From: Nemertoderma westbladi
Taxonomy: Eukaryota > Animalia > Xenacoelomorpha
DNA: 34,877 bases
Assembly: GCA_032718475.1 (NCBI GenBank)
Contig: JAUCBJ010007815.1
Location: 1 to 34,877, forward strand
Direction: 5' to 3'
The notes below the pieces were generated by a model. That model made no database searches. It was not told the origin of the DNA and saw only the letters and a program-made list of their open reading frames with translations. Of this stretch, positions 34,581 through 34,877 are shown in pieces (position 1 is the first letter of the stretch; the number at the start of each line of letters is the position of its first letter). Made by a program: the position numbers and the translations under genes.

Positions 34581-34877
34581 GTGGGGACTTCGCGCAGCAC
34601 GTAGTCGGCAAGCCTTGGCATACGGTTCATATAGAGCAAATGAGGCATGTCTAGTTTGGACCCCATATCCCATGCTATAAATGTATTCATTCGATATACA
34701 ATCATATGTTAATCCGCTAGGTGGTGTCAAATTGTTATTCTGCAATTTCGTACTTACCAGTGCAGCACTGTACAGCAGTACCGTACCGGTAGGCCTATGT
34801 CATTACTTCTGAGTCTCTAGCGGATCCCCAATTAAATGTCTTAACTTTTCAATTTCGTAAAAGATAGACTTCATGAT
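34581..34877. mobile_element. Hairpin-ended repeat related to 776-1068, opposite orientation, truncating the LINE
   Basis: GTGGGGACTTCGCGCAGCACGTAGTCGGCAAGCCTT matches the reverse complement of 1032-1068. CTCF-like CCGCTAGGTGGTG at 34714-34726. Far end not determined. Confidence 0.5.

Overview
AT-rich eukaryotic (probably bilaterian animal) repeat region with no host gene I can support; nearly all of it is nested transposable elements. The core is two diverged, same-orientation BEL/Pao-derived LTR retrotransposons. Element A (4626-16391) is complete, with TGT..ACA LTRs and a near-perfect 5-bp TSD. Element B (~16481-32604) has a truncated 5' LTR. Both encode Gag-protease fused in frame to the extreme C-terminal tail of Pol, with no RT or integrase core, followed by a structured spacer and a decayed second ORF of unknown function. 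B carries a TTAA piggyBac-like insertion in gag and a TIR element in its 3' LTR. It abuts a third LTR fragment, which abuts a LINE remnant. A broken THAP/P-element-like transposase lies at the left edge. The main signal: neither element has a tRNA primer-binding site. In each, the 12 nt directly after the 5' LTR are the exact reverse complement of a 12-mer at a homologous position in its own LTR, and the 4 differences between A and B are all compensated. This points to Tf1-style self-priming in a BEL/Pao lineage, together with a covarying, apparently pseudoknotted RNA structure in the 3' part of the LTR. All alignments and folds were done by eye; family names come from motif recognition, not database searches.
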